IMG/VR virus record: IMGVR_UViG_3300007770_001284
Coordinates: 186,001-250,000 of that record
DNA: 64,000 bases
Strand: one strand, 5' to 3'
Below are positions 19,694 to 28,786 of the stretch, in pieces. The notes under the pieces are model-generated. The model made no database searches and was not told the origin of the DNA. It was given only the letters and a program-made list of their open reading frames with translations. Every line of letters begins with the position of its first letter. The first letter of the stretch is position 1. The position numbers and the translations under genes were made by a program.

Positions 19694-20126
19694 TGTTGAT
19701 TCGAGATATATTTTAGAGGTGCTGAAATTTGAATATAATCAAAGATTATCAGAGACCTTACGAGAAGCAGAAATTTTTGATGCTCAAGGAAATATTATCA
19801 TCAAACCTGATTTGAAAGTACGTCATAAGAAGTCTGGTTATGAATATACAGTCGATCGAGTCGAGGGTGATGTACCCGGCAGCGTTAAGATTGTTTTACG
19901 AGAACCCGATGAGCCAAGGTTTGAACCCCCTCCAGAGGGTGAAGAAGTTTTAGGCGGACCCCAGGATGGAGTATTGGCTGAAGATGATTTAACGATTCAG
20001 GGTAATGGTGTTGAAGTTGTGGTTCCAGGTGTCGCACCGGTGGAAGTACCGGAGGAAGAAGCCGAAGATGAAGAATATTTCGTGGTCGATGAAAAAGACT
20101 TTGAAGAAGAATACGAGGTAAAGTAA
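19686..20126 (+). CDS. Acidic hypothetical protein
   Basis: GGAG RBS; acidic C-terminus. Confidence 0.6.
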   Translation: MSSVDSRYILEVLKFEYNQRLSETLREAEIFDAQGNIIIKPDLKVRHKKSGYEYTVDRVEGDVPGSVKIVLREPDEPRFEPPPEGEEVLGGPQDGVLAEDDLTIQGNGVEVVVPGVAPVEVPEEEAEDEEYFVVDEKDFEEEYEVK

Positions 20127-20127
20127 A

Positions 20128-20841
20128 ATGTCATTTGACGATAAAGAGATTAAGAAAGTTATTCGAGACACGCTTGGGTTAAATGAAGTAAAAGAGCGAC
20201 TAGACGAAGCCTATGTGCTTCAAGCAAAGAAATACGATCTTAAGACAGATTTATTGAGCAGGAAAACAATCGATACACATCAGAAATTGTTACAAGGCTA
20301 TGTTGAGACTGCAAATAATATTTCTGCTAAATTAGATTCTGTTGATAGAACAGAAGCGAATGCAAATGATTCTGCTTTTCGATCTTTGAAAATTGAGGAA
20401 TCGTATAATTTAAATGCATCATTTCTTCATGCTTATTATTTCGATAATATTGCTGACCCCAACTCAAAGATAACAATGGATTCGCTAGCTTATATGCGAC
20501 TAGCCAGGGATTTTGGGACATTTGATGACTGGCAACGTGACTTTGTTGCATGTGCCTTGTCAGCGAGGAACGGTTGGGCAATGACTGTTTATAATTGCTT
20601 TTTAGATCGTTTCATGAACGTCGTTGTTGATCTACATAATATCAATATTCCACTAAATTGCTATCCAGTGATCGTTCTTGATATGTGGGAGCATGCATAT
20701 TTCAGGGATTATCTCAGTGATAAGCAGAAGTACGTATTTGCTATGATGAAGGAACTAAACTGGGATGTTATAGAAGACCGTGTTAGCCGTGCCGATAAGC
20801 TTGCAAGGTTGTTTAACAAACCTTCGGAGACGAAGCAATGA
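20128..20841 (+). CDS. Fe/Mn superoxide dismutase-like protein with N-terminal extension
   Basis: HQKLLQGYV, LHAYYF, RDFGTFDDW, GWA, LDMWEHAY. Confidence 0.8.
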   Translation: MSFDDKEIKKVIRDTLGLNEVKERLDEAYVLQAKKYDLKTDLLSRKTIDTHQKLLQGYVETANNISAKLDSVDRTEANANDSAFRSLKIEESYNLNASFLHAYYFDNIADPNSKITMDSLAYMRLARDFGTFDDWQRDFVACALSARNGWAMTVYNCFLDRFMNVVVDLHNINIPLNCYPVIVLDMWEHAYFRDYLSDKQKYVFAMMKELNWDVIEDRVSRADKLARLFNKPSETKQ

Positions 20842-21491
20842 AAGAAAAAGATATACGAGAATTTTTTAATCGAGCGTATGCTCATCTTTTACGAGAGCAA
20901 GACGAAGAAGACCCGTTTGCGACGGACGATGAGGGTGGAGATGAAGGCGGTGACGAAGAAGCTGGTGACGAAGAAGCCGGTGATGAGACTGCTGAAGGTG
21001 AAGAGGGTGAAGAAGCTGAAGGTGAAGAGGAAGAGCCAGAGGTTGAGGTAGAAGAAGAAGACGAAGTTAGGTTTGGGAAATCGCTGGATGACCAATTACA
21101 GGCAATCTTTATTGATATAGAATCTGATTCGCTTAAGAGCGCCGCGATACAGGAAGAAGGATATTCGCTGTCTAGAATTCTTCTACGAGAGCAAGAAGAT
21201 GACCCCGAAGCTCCTCCTATTGATATAGATAAATTTGCGAGTGAGACAGCTCGGCTTGTTAAGAACTTCGACGCCTTTTTTGATATTGAAGAGCTGCTCC
21301 AGGCGAAAGCTAGAAGCTTTTTGTTAGACAAGTATGGCGAGGAAATTGCTGATGAGTTTACTGACTTGCTAAAAGTGCGTCATGGTATCGAAACAAACGA
21401 AGAGGAGCGCGCTAAAAGAGAAGACCTCTCAACAGAAATACCAATTGCCGTTGGCGCTACTGCCGGTGGAGGTGGTGGTGGAGCTGTATGA
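20838..21491 (+). CDS. Highly acidic protein, putative virion/scaffold-type
   Basis: Two LLREQ motifs flanking a GDEEA low-complexity tract. Confidence 0.55.
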   Translation: MKEKDIREFFNRAYAHLLREQDEEDPFATDDEGGDEGGDEEAGDEEAGDETAEGEEGEEAEGEEEEPEVEVEEEDEVRFGKSLDDQLQAIFIDIESDSLKSAAIQEEGYSLSRILLREQEDDPEAPPIDIDKFASETARLVKNFDAFFDIEELLQAKARSFLLDKYGEEIADEFTDLLKVRHGIETNEEERAKREDLSTEIPIAVGATAGGGGGGAV

Positions 21492-21766
21492 GTGATTTTA
21501 TTCGCAAGAAATCGGTCCACTTTAACTTGCTTACCGAAACCCACGCAGAGTTTCGTGTCTTGGCTTTTCGTAAAAAGCTCTCGATGCAAGAAATTGTTGA
21601 GGGTCTTATTTCACGTTTAGCAAATGGTAATCCAACGTTAGTGAGGATTGTTGATAAGATTGCTGAAGAAAAATATGACTCTGAATTGAGAAAGGTTGTG
21701 GGAACAGACGCAGACAGCTTATTCGATGCGATTGAGAAACATGACCAATTACGGGGAGACGAATAA
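21488..21766 (+). CDS. Ribbon-helix-helix-like DNA-binding protein
   Basis: KSVHFNL strand followed by two helices (SMQEIVE). Confidence 0.5.
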   Translation: MSDFIRKKSVHFNLLTETHAEFRVLAFRKKLSMQEIVEGLISRLANGNPTLVRIVDKIAEEKYDSELRKVVGTDADSLFDAIEKHDQLRGDE

Positions 21767-22047
21767 TGGGGTGGTTTTTTAGGTCACGGAAAAAAGAACG
21801 AGAGCGAGTAAGGGTTTTAGAGCAAAAAGTCTATGAGCTAGAAAAAACTCTTACTCTGGTGAAAATGACACTGCATAATTTACAAAGTGCGCTACTAGCC
21901 ATGTCGCGGACACAAGACAGCATAGGAAGAGATATTTCGAATATTGGCGAAGTTGTTGAAAATATTGTGGGGGTTTTTGAAGTTGATACTACATCCTCAT
22001 TTCCTCTACAAACGACGCCCAGTAATGATGATGATTTACCAAATTAG
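21766..22047 (+). CDS. Coiled-coil hypothetical protein
   Basis: TAATG overlap, RBS. Confidence 0.55.
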   Translation: MGWFFRSRKKERERVRVLEQKVYELEKTLTLVKMTLHNLQSALLAMSRTQDSIGRDISNIGEVVENIVGVFEVDTTSSFPLQTTPSNDDDLPN

Positions 22048-22059
22048 GGGGAGTTTAAG

Positions 22060-22296
22060 ATGAGTAAAGAAGAGTTACCCGCTGAGGTTTCGGTGTTGGT
22101 AGAGCGAGTTGGAATTTTAGACAGGGTTACTTCTAAAATAATATCACGTAAATTTTTGGTTTTCGTAACAGCGACAGCTTTGCTAGCGTGGTCTGATTTG
22201 GAGAGTGACACTTGGGGAATGATCGCAATGATCTATATCGGCAGCCAAGCAGTAATTGATGCGGCTCTAGCGTGGAAGCACGGTCCTAACAGATAG
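22060..22296 (+). CDS. Small two-TM protein, holin-like
   Basis: SRKFLVFV..; two hydrophobic helices. Confidence 0.5.
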   Translation: MSKEELPAEVSVLVERVGILDRVTSKIISRKFLVFVTATALLAWSDLESDTWGMIAMIYIGSQAVIDAALAWKHGPNR

Positions 22297-22301
22297 GTGG
22301 C

Positions 22302-22682
22302 ATGATGGTTTGGGCAAAAATAAAAAATGCAGTTTGCGGTTGGTGCAAAAAGTATTGGCAGATTTTGGTGGGCTTTTTTGGAGCTTTATTTGCTGTTTTT
22401 GCTATATCTGGTGGTAATAAAGAAGCTAGAAAGATTTTAGATGCAAAAAATGATCTACTACGAAAAGAAGAAGAAGCGATCGCTGAGGCGCGAGATGCAG
22501 AAACCGAAGCAATTAAAAATAATATAGAAAAATATTTCGATGTTGAAGATGAAGCGAGGGAAGCTCTTCAAAAGTGGGTAGACGATTTAGATGAGCAAAA
22601 ACGTAATCGAGTATTGGAGTTGCTTGAATCAGATACCCCAGAAGAAGAAATCGCCGCGGGTCTGCGTCGGTTTTTAGAATAG
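22302..22682 (+). CDS. N-terminally anchored coiled-coil membrane protein (i-spanin-like)
   Basis: TM at residues ~18-35 followed by a charged coiled coil. Confidence 0.45.
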   Translation: MMVWAKIKNAVCGWCKKYWQILVGFFGALFAVFAISGGNKEARKILDAKNDLLRKEEEAIAEARDAETEAIKNNIEKYFDVEDEAREALQKWVDDLDEQKRNRVLELLESDTPEEEIAAGLRRFLE

Positions 22683-22734
22683 GAAGTTTGTTATAACACA
22701 CCATATTTAAGTGTAGGTTTTTCGGAGAAACAAG

Positions 22735-23919
22735 ATGGCAAAGCGAACGTTAGCTGAATTATACGGGTATTCAACCCCCAAGCGTAGGGCGAAAAAGCTC
22801 TCTTCTCGTAAATTACGGTCAGTTATTTTGCAAGAAATTCGGGGCATTCTAAATGAAGCAGGGGAGTCTGACGGTCCGGTCAACGTTGAGGGTGTTCCTG
22901 AGGCCTATCAAAAACCTGCGGGTACTGCGATGAAGGGCGGAGATAATATCAAGGGAGTCGATGCGACAGAAATAGTCGCACAGCTCGCTAGCGGTGATGT
23001 AAAAATGCCCATCTTTGCCGCCATTGGAGAGTATCATAATCCACAATTTACCCCAGGGATTCCAAAGGCCGACACACCAGAAGGCGCTGCTGCGATTGCA
23101 AATTGGGTGAAGACGAAAGGCCCTGACTTTTTACAACAGAACATTATCAATATTCAAGGCAAGCTTCCCTCTAGTGGCAAGCCAAAATCCGATATGCCTG
23201 CCCTCGAGCCTATGGATGTTGTCCACGTTAAGGATGCACTAAGCCCCGGCGGACAGATCAATATCGATATGGACGACCCTTCTGCTGATGATACAGCAGA
23301 TGTTGAAAAATGGCATAAGGAACATGGCGATGAAGCAGAGTTAGGCGGAGCTAAAAAAGAATCAAAATATTCGTTAGCGGCGAGTTTGTTAGAAGACAAA
23401 TTTCCCCAAGGTCATAAGGGCGGTATGCCAGGCGCGCCTGTGAAAGGTGAAAAAGATGCTGTCGACCTCAACGCGATCAAAGATTTGGCTCTTAGCTTTT
23501 TGACAAAAGGGCTTCAGTCATATGACGACGACGGTGGGGATGATATGATCGCAGTGCAGGAGAATGAACCGATTAAGGTGGCCGCAATGATCCCGACACA
23601 ATCAAACGTTCTTCTTGGAAAATCACTCGCATTTGCAATCGGTGGCGGGTTCGGTGGTCAGGAACTCGGAGCTTATATTACTGGCGGCAATGAGATTTTA
23701 GATGGTCACCACCGCTGGGCAGGAACAATGATTGTAGATCCGGGAGCTGAGATCAAGGGTCACAAGGTTATGGCTCCAGCTGCACAAATTCTCCCTGTTT
23801 TAACAACTTTGGGGAATGCATTAGGACGTCAACAGAAGGGGATGGAGCACAATGAATCTTTGAGCCCATCTGATAATGTACTTCTAGAGCGCTGGCGCAA
23901 GTTAGCAGGTTTACTGTAG
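22735..23919 (+). CDS. ParB/Srx-like domain protein with leader and RWxxLAG tail
   Basis: MIPTQS..ILDGHHRWA; N-term KLRSVILQEIRGILNE; C-term LLERWRKLAGLL. Confidence 0.55.
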   Translation: MAKRTLAELYGYSTPKRRAKKLSSRKLRSVILQEIRGILNEAGESDGPVNVEGVPEAYQKPAGTAMKGGDNIKGVDATEIVAQLASGDVKMPIFAAIGEYHNPQFTPGIPKADTPEGAAAIANWVKTKGPDFLQQNIINIQGKLPSSGKPKSDMPALEPMDVVHVKDALSPGGQINIDMDDPSADDTADVEKWHKEHGDEAELGGAKKESKYSLAASLLEDKFPQGHKGGMPGAPVKGEKDAVDLNAIKDLALSFLTKGLQSYDDDGGDDMIAVQENEPIKVAAMIPTQSNVLLGKSLAFAIGGGFGGQELGAYITGGNEILDGHHRWAGTMIVDPGAEIKGHKVMAPAAQILPVLTTLGNALGRQQKGMEHNESLSPSDNVLLERWRKLAGLL

Positions 23920-23943
23920 ACTTAATCACTCTACTATTTCGGT

Positions 23944-24396
23944 ATGAGAGTTTTTACAAATTTGCTTTGCGCATATATCTGCGCATGGCTTATCATATTC
24001 CCAACAATCGCATACGCTGACGATCCCCTTCCAATAAAAGCGGGCGATCCCGCTCCTCATGATGGAGTATTGTTTACCACCGAGGACGCCGCACGGCTTT
24101 TAGCGAATCTTGAGGTACAAGAAGCGACCTGTCAAGCGCAGATAGAATATGAGGTGGCAACAGCAGTGAATCAAACGCAGCTATTATTAGATAATTGCCA
24201 GTCAGCGCTGGATATTAGAACACAATTATATGATGAAAGATTAGCTTTCCATACTGATTATAGTGAATATTTAGAGAATAGATTGACAAAGCCAAAAATA
24301 TCACCAGAGGTTACTTTACTCATTGGAATATTAACTGGTGTGGGTTTGACAATCGGCGCTGGTGTTGCAATGAACCAAGCAGCAATATCTCCGTGA
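23944..24396 (+). CDS. Signal-peptide protein with coiled coil and C-terminal TM (spanin-like)
   Basis: AYA|D signal cleavage site; GDPAPHDGVL; C-terminal hydrophobic helix. Confidence 0.5.
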   Translation: MRVFTNLLCAYICAWLIIFPTIAYADDPLPIKAGDPAPHDGVLFTTEDAARLLANLEVQEATCQAQIEYEVATAVNQTQLLLDNCQSALDIRTQLYDERLAFHTDYSEYLENRLTKPKISPEVTLLIGILTGVGLTIGAGVAMNQAAISP

Positions 24397-24436
24397 AAAC
24401 CGCTATTCTTGGTGATACTTATTGGTGAGGTAGGCC

Positions 24437-25672
24437 ATGAAACGAAATTTCGAAAATTTTAGAACACAAGCCAGAAAACTTTTGTTTGAAGACACATATA
24501 GCCTTTACAGCGATCAAGATAATCAGAGGGCAGGCACTCAGTTTGAAGAACCAGAGACCGCAGATCCCTATGAGCCTCCGATCACTGTTAACCCCCAGAT
24601 GGCCACACAGCTATCAGTGGATGAACCCCCAGTTGACGACCCCGAATATAAGCCTGTAAGCAGTAAGGAGCTAGCAAAAGCAGTCGCAGTGTTGGCTCAG
24701 CGTTTACCTGACGAAGTAGCGGAGCTGACGTATGACAAATTTGAGAAATATGTTGTTGATAATGAAAGCGCTGGTGTTGAGGTCGTGGGTGAAGAAGAAG
24801 CCATGGCGGAAGAAGCTGAAGAGGATTCTGAGGTTAATGAGGTACGTAAGCTTGTCCAAACCGCGCTTTGGCGCCATCTAATCGCAGAGGGGGACTGGTC
24901 TCAATTTCGACTGGGAAGGCATGATCATGATGATGATGATCTCGGAGAGGAAGGGTCGTATTCAGAGGTAGAACCCACCGAAGATGACTTAGACACAATT
25001 GAGTCTGGTGGTGGTATGTCATTCGAGGATCTTGCTCAAGAAATTCCAGGCGTTTCCGGGGCTTCTGGAGCGAAACAAACCGTTAATAGAATCTTAAAAA
25101 AGATGGAGACATTGGCAAAACACTTTCCTGGAGATGTGGATGAAATTCGTCCTATAGCACGAAAAGCTTTTGTAGAAGGTAGCTTAGATCTTGGTCTTTT
25201 TGAACAAGAAGACGTTAGTGAAGTTGGTATTGATAATCCTATGTGGGATAAACTTGATGCGTTTCGGGCGTTTATGGATGCTGGGTTTATTTTACCAGCG
25301 CATCAATCGCTACTAAGAGATATGGGAAAAGAGATTCGAAAAGAGATTTCAGCTTCTGGGCTGGATCCGCTTGTCCATGAAATGGTCTTCAACCAGGCTG
25401 TCGGGAATTCCCCAGTGTCACCTCGTAAGATTGGATTGAAGCTGCAACGAAAAAATCCTGATATGTCCATGGAGGAGAGAGATGCAGAAGTGAAAAAAGC
25501 TTCAGGACTGGTGAGGAAGCTTACCACACAGCAGGAAAATTTGGGGGTTCTCTCTCCTGGACTGGCTGAAAGAGCGATAAGCGCATGGGATGGAAAATCA
25601 AATTCTCGTCAATTAAAGATTTTGTCTGATGCGTGGGCAGACGCAGCAGATTTTCGAGCTGAAGATTCATGA
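24437..25672 (+). CDS. Acidic hypothetical protein, putative virion protein
   Basis: RKLLFE and HLIAE motifs; ATACTTA at 24415. Confidence 0.55.
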   Translation: MKRNFENFRTQARKLLFEDTYSLYSDQDNQRAGTQFEEPETADPYEPPITVNPQMATQLSVDEPPVDDPEYKPVSSKELAKAVAVLAQRLPDEVAELTYDKFEKYVVDNESAGVEVVGEEEAMAEEAEEDSEVNEVRKLVQTALWRHLIAEGDWSQFRLGRHDHDDDDLGEEGSYSEVEPTEDDLDTIESGGGMSFEDLAQEIPGVSGASGAKQTVNRILKKMETLAKHFPGDVDEIRPIARKAFVEGSLDLGLFEQEDVSEVGIDNPMWDKLDAFRAFMDAGFILPAHQSLLRDMGKEIRKEISASGLDPLVHEMVFNQAVGNSPVSPRKIGLKLQRKNPDMSMEERDAEVKKASGLVRKLTTQQENLGVLSPGLAERAISAWDGKSNSRQLKILSDAWADAADFRAEDS

Positions 25673-25690
25673 TCTTGGATGGGCATTTTT

Positions 25691-26083
25691 ATGAAATTGG
25701 ATAAATTAATGAGAGAATATTTGGGTGAATCTGTTCCGCAAAGGAACCCGCTCAAAGATATTATGCCCCCCGATCTAGTGTGCGAAACAACAAGCCTTCC
25801 AGTGCAGGCAACTGAGGTTTCATGGGTTGTTGAAGAGGGGCCAGAAAGGCTTGTCCGGACATTTCATTTTCCAGATTTATCGACCAGAAATTGGTTCGTT
25901 TCAGAGATTATGGAAAAAGAAAAAGAAACAGACCATTATGGGAAGATATTGGTTGAGGGAAATGATGTTAAAATCGAGGTTCAAACTCACGATTTAAATC
26001 GAGTTACCGAGTTAGACCAGGAATACGCAGAGTATTGTGATGATGTCTTTGGAGACGTTGGGTTTATGAAGGAGCTGTTTTAA
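25691..26083 (+). CDS. Pterin-4a-carbinolamine dehydratase-like protein with leader
   Basis: LVRTFHF..DHYGKI..VQTHDLNRVTELD; N-term KLMREYLGE. Confidence 0.65.
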   Translation: MKLDKLMREYLGESVPQRNPLKDIMPPDLVCETTSLPVQATEVSWVVEEGPERLVRTFHFPDLSTRNWFVSEIMEKEKETDHYGKILVEGNDVKIEVQTHDLNRVTELDQEYAEYCDDVFGDVGFMKELF

Positions 26084-26511
26084 TGGCTGACATGAAAGTA
26101 ACAATGGATTATGAAGAACTTGTAGATACTGACCATATTATCCTTTCGGAAGAGTTAAAAGATGCTCTTTTTACCGACAAAGACCTGGGTAATATAGAAG
26201 CTGCAGATCACAGTAGATTAACAATTACTGTCGGTGATGATGGAACAACGGCGGTAGTAAATGGTGCGTTGCAATCAATCGTGTCAGGTGCATATTTAAC
26301 GATAGGATTTATTACGAGGAGTGATTGCAAAGAAATGTTAGGGGCTTTACAATCATGCGCGGTGAGCGATTCAAAGATCACGATCCGCGTAACGGGTGAT
26401 TACAGCCTACAGGCATCTAGTGAGTGCTTTAAAAAATGGGATCTGACCATTCAAGAAGATAGATCGGCGTTATTAACTTTTACCATGGGAACTGAAAATG
26501 TCATATTTTGA
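26083..26511 (+). CDS. Hypothetical protein
   Basis: AAGGAG RBS, TAATG overlap. Confidence 0.55.
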   Translation: MADMKVTMDYEELVDTDHIILSEELKDALFTDKDLGNIEAADHSRLTITVGDDGTTAVVNGALQSIVSGAYLTIGFITRSDCKEMLGALQSCAVSDSKITIRVTGDYSLQASSECFKKWDLTIQEDRSALLTFTMGTENVIF

Positions 26512-26674
26512 TAAGTTTATTAAAGATCTAGAAGATCGTCGTCAACGAAAGAAAGACTCAAAGACGATACTTGAGCAAGAGCAGCAGTACCAAGAGAAAA
26601 GAAGGGAGCGAATTCGTCGTTTTCAAGAGCGTTGGCAGAATACTGTTGTGTGGAAGCCGGTAAATAAAAAATGA
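26498..26674 (+). CDS. Small charged protein (58 aa, not in ORF track)
   Basis: MSYFDKFIKDLEDRR..VVWKPVNKK; fills gap, ATGA overlap. Confidence 0.55.
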   Translation: MSYFDKFIKDLEDRRQRKKDSKTILEQEQQYQEKRRERIRRFQERWQNTVVWKPVNKK

Positions 26675-27666
26675 AGCGTTTTGATCCCGAGGCCGTTGGT
26701 GCAAAAATAGCAAAGCTATTGCTATTAGAGCAGGTCGCTGCGAGCGAAGAAGAAAAGCTGCAAGATAAATTATCAAAACAAATTGATAAATTAAAGTTAC
26801 GCGCTCCTGAAGGCTCTGATGAAGAAAAAATAACAGATGAGCAGGAAGATGAAGAAGAAGAGGGGGAAGAAAAAGAAGCTAAGCCCGACGCTGAAGATGT
26901 AGATATGGACCCAAAGCCTGTTCCTGAAGAGGGCGAAGAAGGAGGCGAAGACTCAGAGGGTGGTCAGGGCGAAAAATTTAAAGTAACCGCTCCAGCGTAT
27001 ATCCCTACGCAGCTCAGCATTGGTGACATTGAGCGCCAGCTAAACAACCTCAGGGCCGGCAAGAGCCTTAAAGATAAGGTAATCGCAAAAGAGCTTGAAA
27101 CATATTTTGGAGAGCTTGGACAGGGTGAGCAACAAGCTCTCTTCACCTATCTCGCTTCATTGGCAGCGATAATGACGGGTGGTACATCTGGCGCAGCAGC
27201 CCCTCGTCCAGAGAATTTGGATGTTGATATTGATATTGAACCTAAGGCCGGCTCAGATGTTGCAAGAACAACGCAGTCTCGTCAACGTACATCATCGAGA
27301 AAGAAAGCTGCAACGCCTTCTGGAATTCCAGTTGACAGAGCAGCGCCGATAGTCGTTGGAGAGAGAGCGAATAAGCAGCTTGAACTAATGAGCGTTTTTG
27401 AGAATGCATCGTACGGCGATGATCACCGCTGTGTTGGGGGTCGTGTTGTTCCGTTCGGTTCCTCACGCTGCGTGCAAGATCTAGATATTAGAATTGAAGA
27501 CCTCGTTCAACAGCGAGATGATTTGACAAGAGGGACTGCTGATAGAGCAAGCTTAAACGGAACGCTAAAGTTTATGCGCCAAAAAAGAAGAAAGGCAAAT
27601 AAGTTTGCTGAGCAACAAAAACAAGAAAAACTCCAAGGCAGGCTTGACACAGCAGACGAGCTATAG
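26671..27666 (+). CDS. Acidic hypothetical protein
   Basis: LLLLEQ N-term; LNNLRAGKSLKD core. Confidence 0.6.
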   Translation: MKRFDPEAVGAKIAKLLLLEQVAASEEEKLQDKLSKQIDKLKLRAPEGSDEEKITDEQEDEEEEGEEKEAKPDAEDVDMDPKPVPEEGEEGGEDSEGGQGEKFKVTAPAYIPTQLSIGDIERQLNNLRAGKSLKDKVIAKELETYFGELGQGEQQALFTYLASLAAIMTGGTSGAAAPRPENLDVDIDIEPKAGSDVARTTQSRQRTSSRKKAATPSGIPVDRAAPIVVGERANKQLELMSVFENASYGDDHRCVGGRVVPFGSSRCVQDLDIRIEDLVQQRDDLTRGTADRASLNGTLKFMRQKRRKANKFAEQQKQEKLQGRLDTADEL

Positions 27667-27668
27667 AG

Positions 27669-28553
27669 ATGTTGTTCCACGTCAATCCTTTCTTGTGGTC
27701 TGTTGACGACTTAAGCCTCGACGATATACTTGAGATAGCAGATGTACTGACTCATCAGACGCCCGCAGTCCGACCAATTTTTGAGTGCGTGAAGGTGTAT
27801 GCTAAGCTGGATGAGAATGCCAAAGTGAGGTATGCTCGACACAAGTCAGACTTTCGTGGAGTTTACAAGCAGGACATCATTGATCGAATGAAAGGCTCCG
27901 CCGTTTCAGACGCAGTGGCTGAAGCGCTTCAAGAAATTGAAGATAACATTATAGATGTATGGCCCTTTCGTCCCGGGTCTGCGACGTGGTGCTTGTTTGA
28001 AATACTTGACCCTGCAATATGTATCGCTGGTTGGGAAAATTCCCAGAGGGTAATCGTAAGAGAAGCAGTTCGGATCGATATTAAGGGTAATAAGACTTCT
28101 AGTCCATTGATAGATCGCATGTTCGCAAGAATGAGAGAAGACATCAAGCGAAGTGACAGTTCACAGTTTATTTTTGATCCTGTTTTGCATCTTCGAAACA
28201 TTAGTGGTACTGGAGTATATACTGACTTAAGGGCTGATGTTGCTGCAATTTCAGCAGCTGAAGGCGGGACACGATTATCAGTGCGTGAATTAAGCGAGCA
28301 ATCGCAGAATTTCCTTGTGGCTAGTTTAAGGAAGTTTGCTGATCGTCTGTTTCTCGCGAATTCTACAAGTTTACTATATGAATCTTTAGAAGAATCAGAA
28401 GCTTTGCTTGACCATTTTCCCGGGATAAATGTGAAAATAGACGGCCTAGCATTTCGATTAAGCGGTTCTTTTCTGAGCAGAAAGGAAGAAATAGTCCTGG
28501 AGGGAGAGGCTCAAAAGAGTACACTCCCTCTTCCCCTTCCGTGGCGGTCGTAA
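27669..28553 (+). CDS. Hypothetical protein
   Basis: 294 aa ORF in operon. Confidence 0.6.
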   Translation: MLFHVNPFLWSVDDLSLDDILEIADVLTHQTPAVRPIFECVKVYAKLDENAKVRYARHKSDFRGVYKQDIIDRMKGSAVSDAVAEALQEIEDNIIDVWPFRPGSATWCLFEILDPAICIAGWENSQRVIVREAVRIDIKGNKTSSPLIDRMFARMREDIKRSDSSQFIFDPVLHLRNISGTGVYTDLRADVAAISAAEGGTRLSVRELSEQSQNFLVASLRKFADRLFLANSTSLLYESLEESEALLDHFPGINVKIDGLAFRLSGSFLSRKEEIVLEGEAQKSTLPLPLPWRS

Positions 28554-28786
28554 TGACACATAGCGAGATCCTTGAAGAAGCCATTGGTCTCGGGAGCGTT
28601 TGCGAGATAAACGAGTGGATGGAATTGAAAAAACTTTTACTAGTCAGTCTTCCCTCTGATGCTAGGAGAAATTTCTCCACTAGAGACCCAAAAACAAAAA
28701 GACAGCACCTAAATGATTTTGAGCATTGGTTGATTGATAATTACTTCCGTGCACTTGGCACAAAGCTTGGAGTTGAAGATGAATAG
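28553..28786 (+). CDS. Hypothetical protein
   Basis: TAATG overlap. Confidence 0.55.
   Translation: MTHSEILEEAIGLGSVCEINEWMELKKLLLVSLPSDARRNFSTRDPKTKRQHLNDFEHWLIDNYFRALGTKLGVEDE

Noticed and set aside
20930-21065. GDEEA-type low-complexity DNA repeat
   Set aside because: Simply encodes an acidic linker; the Ser-rich antisense ORF 20882..21331 is a shadow
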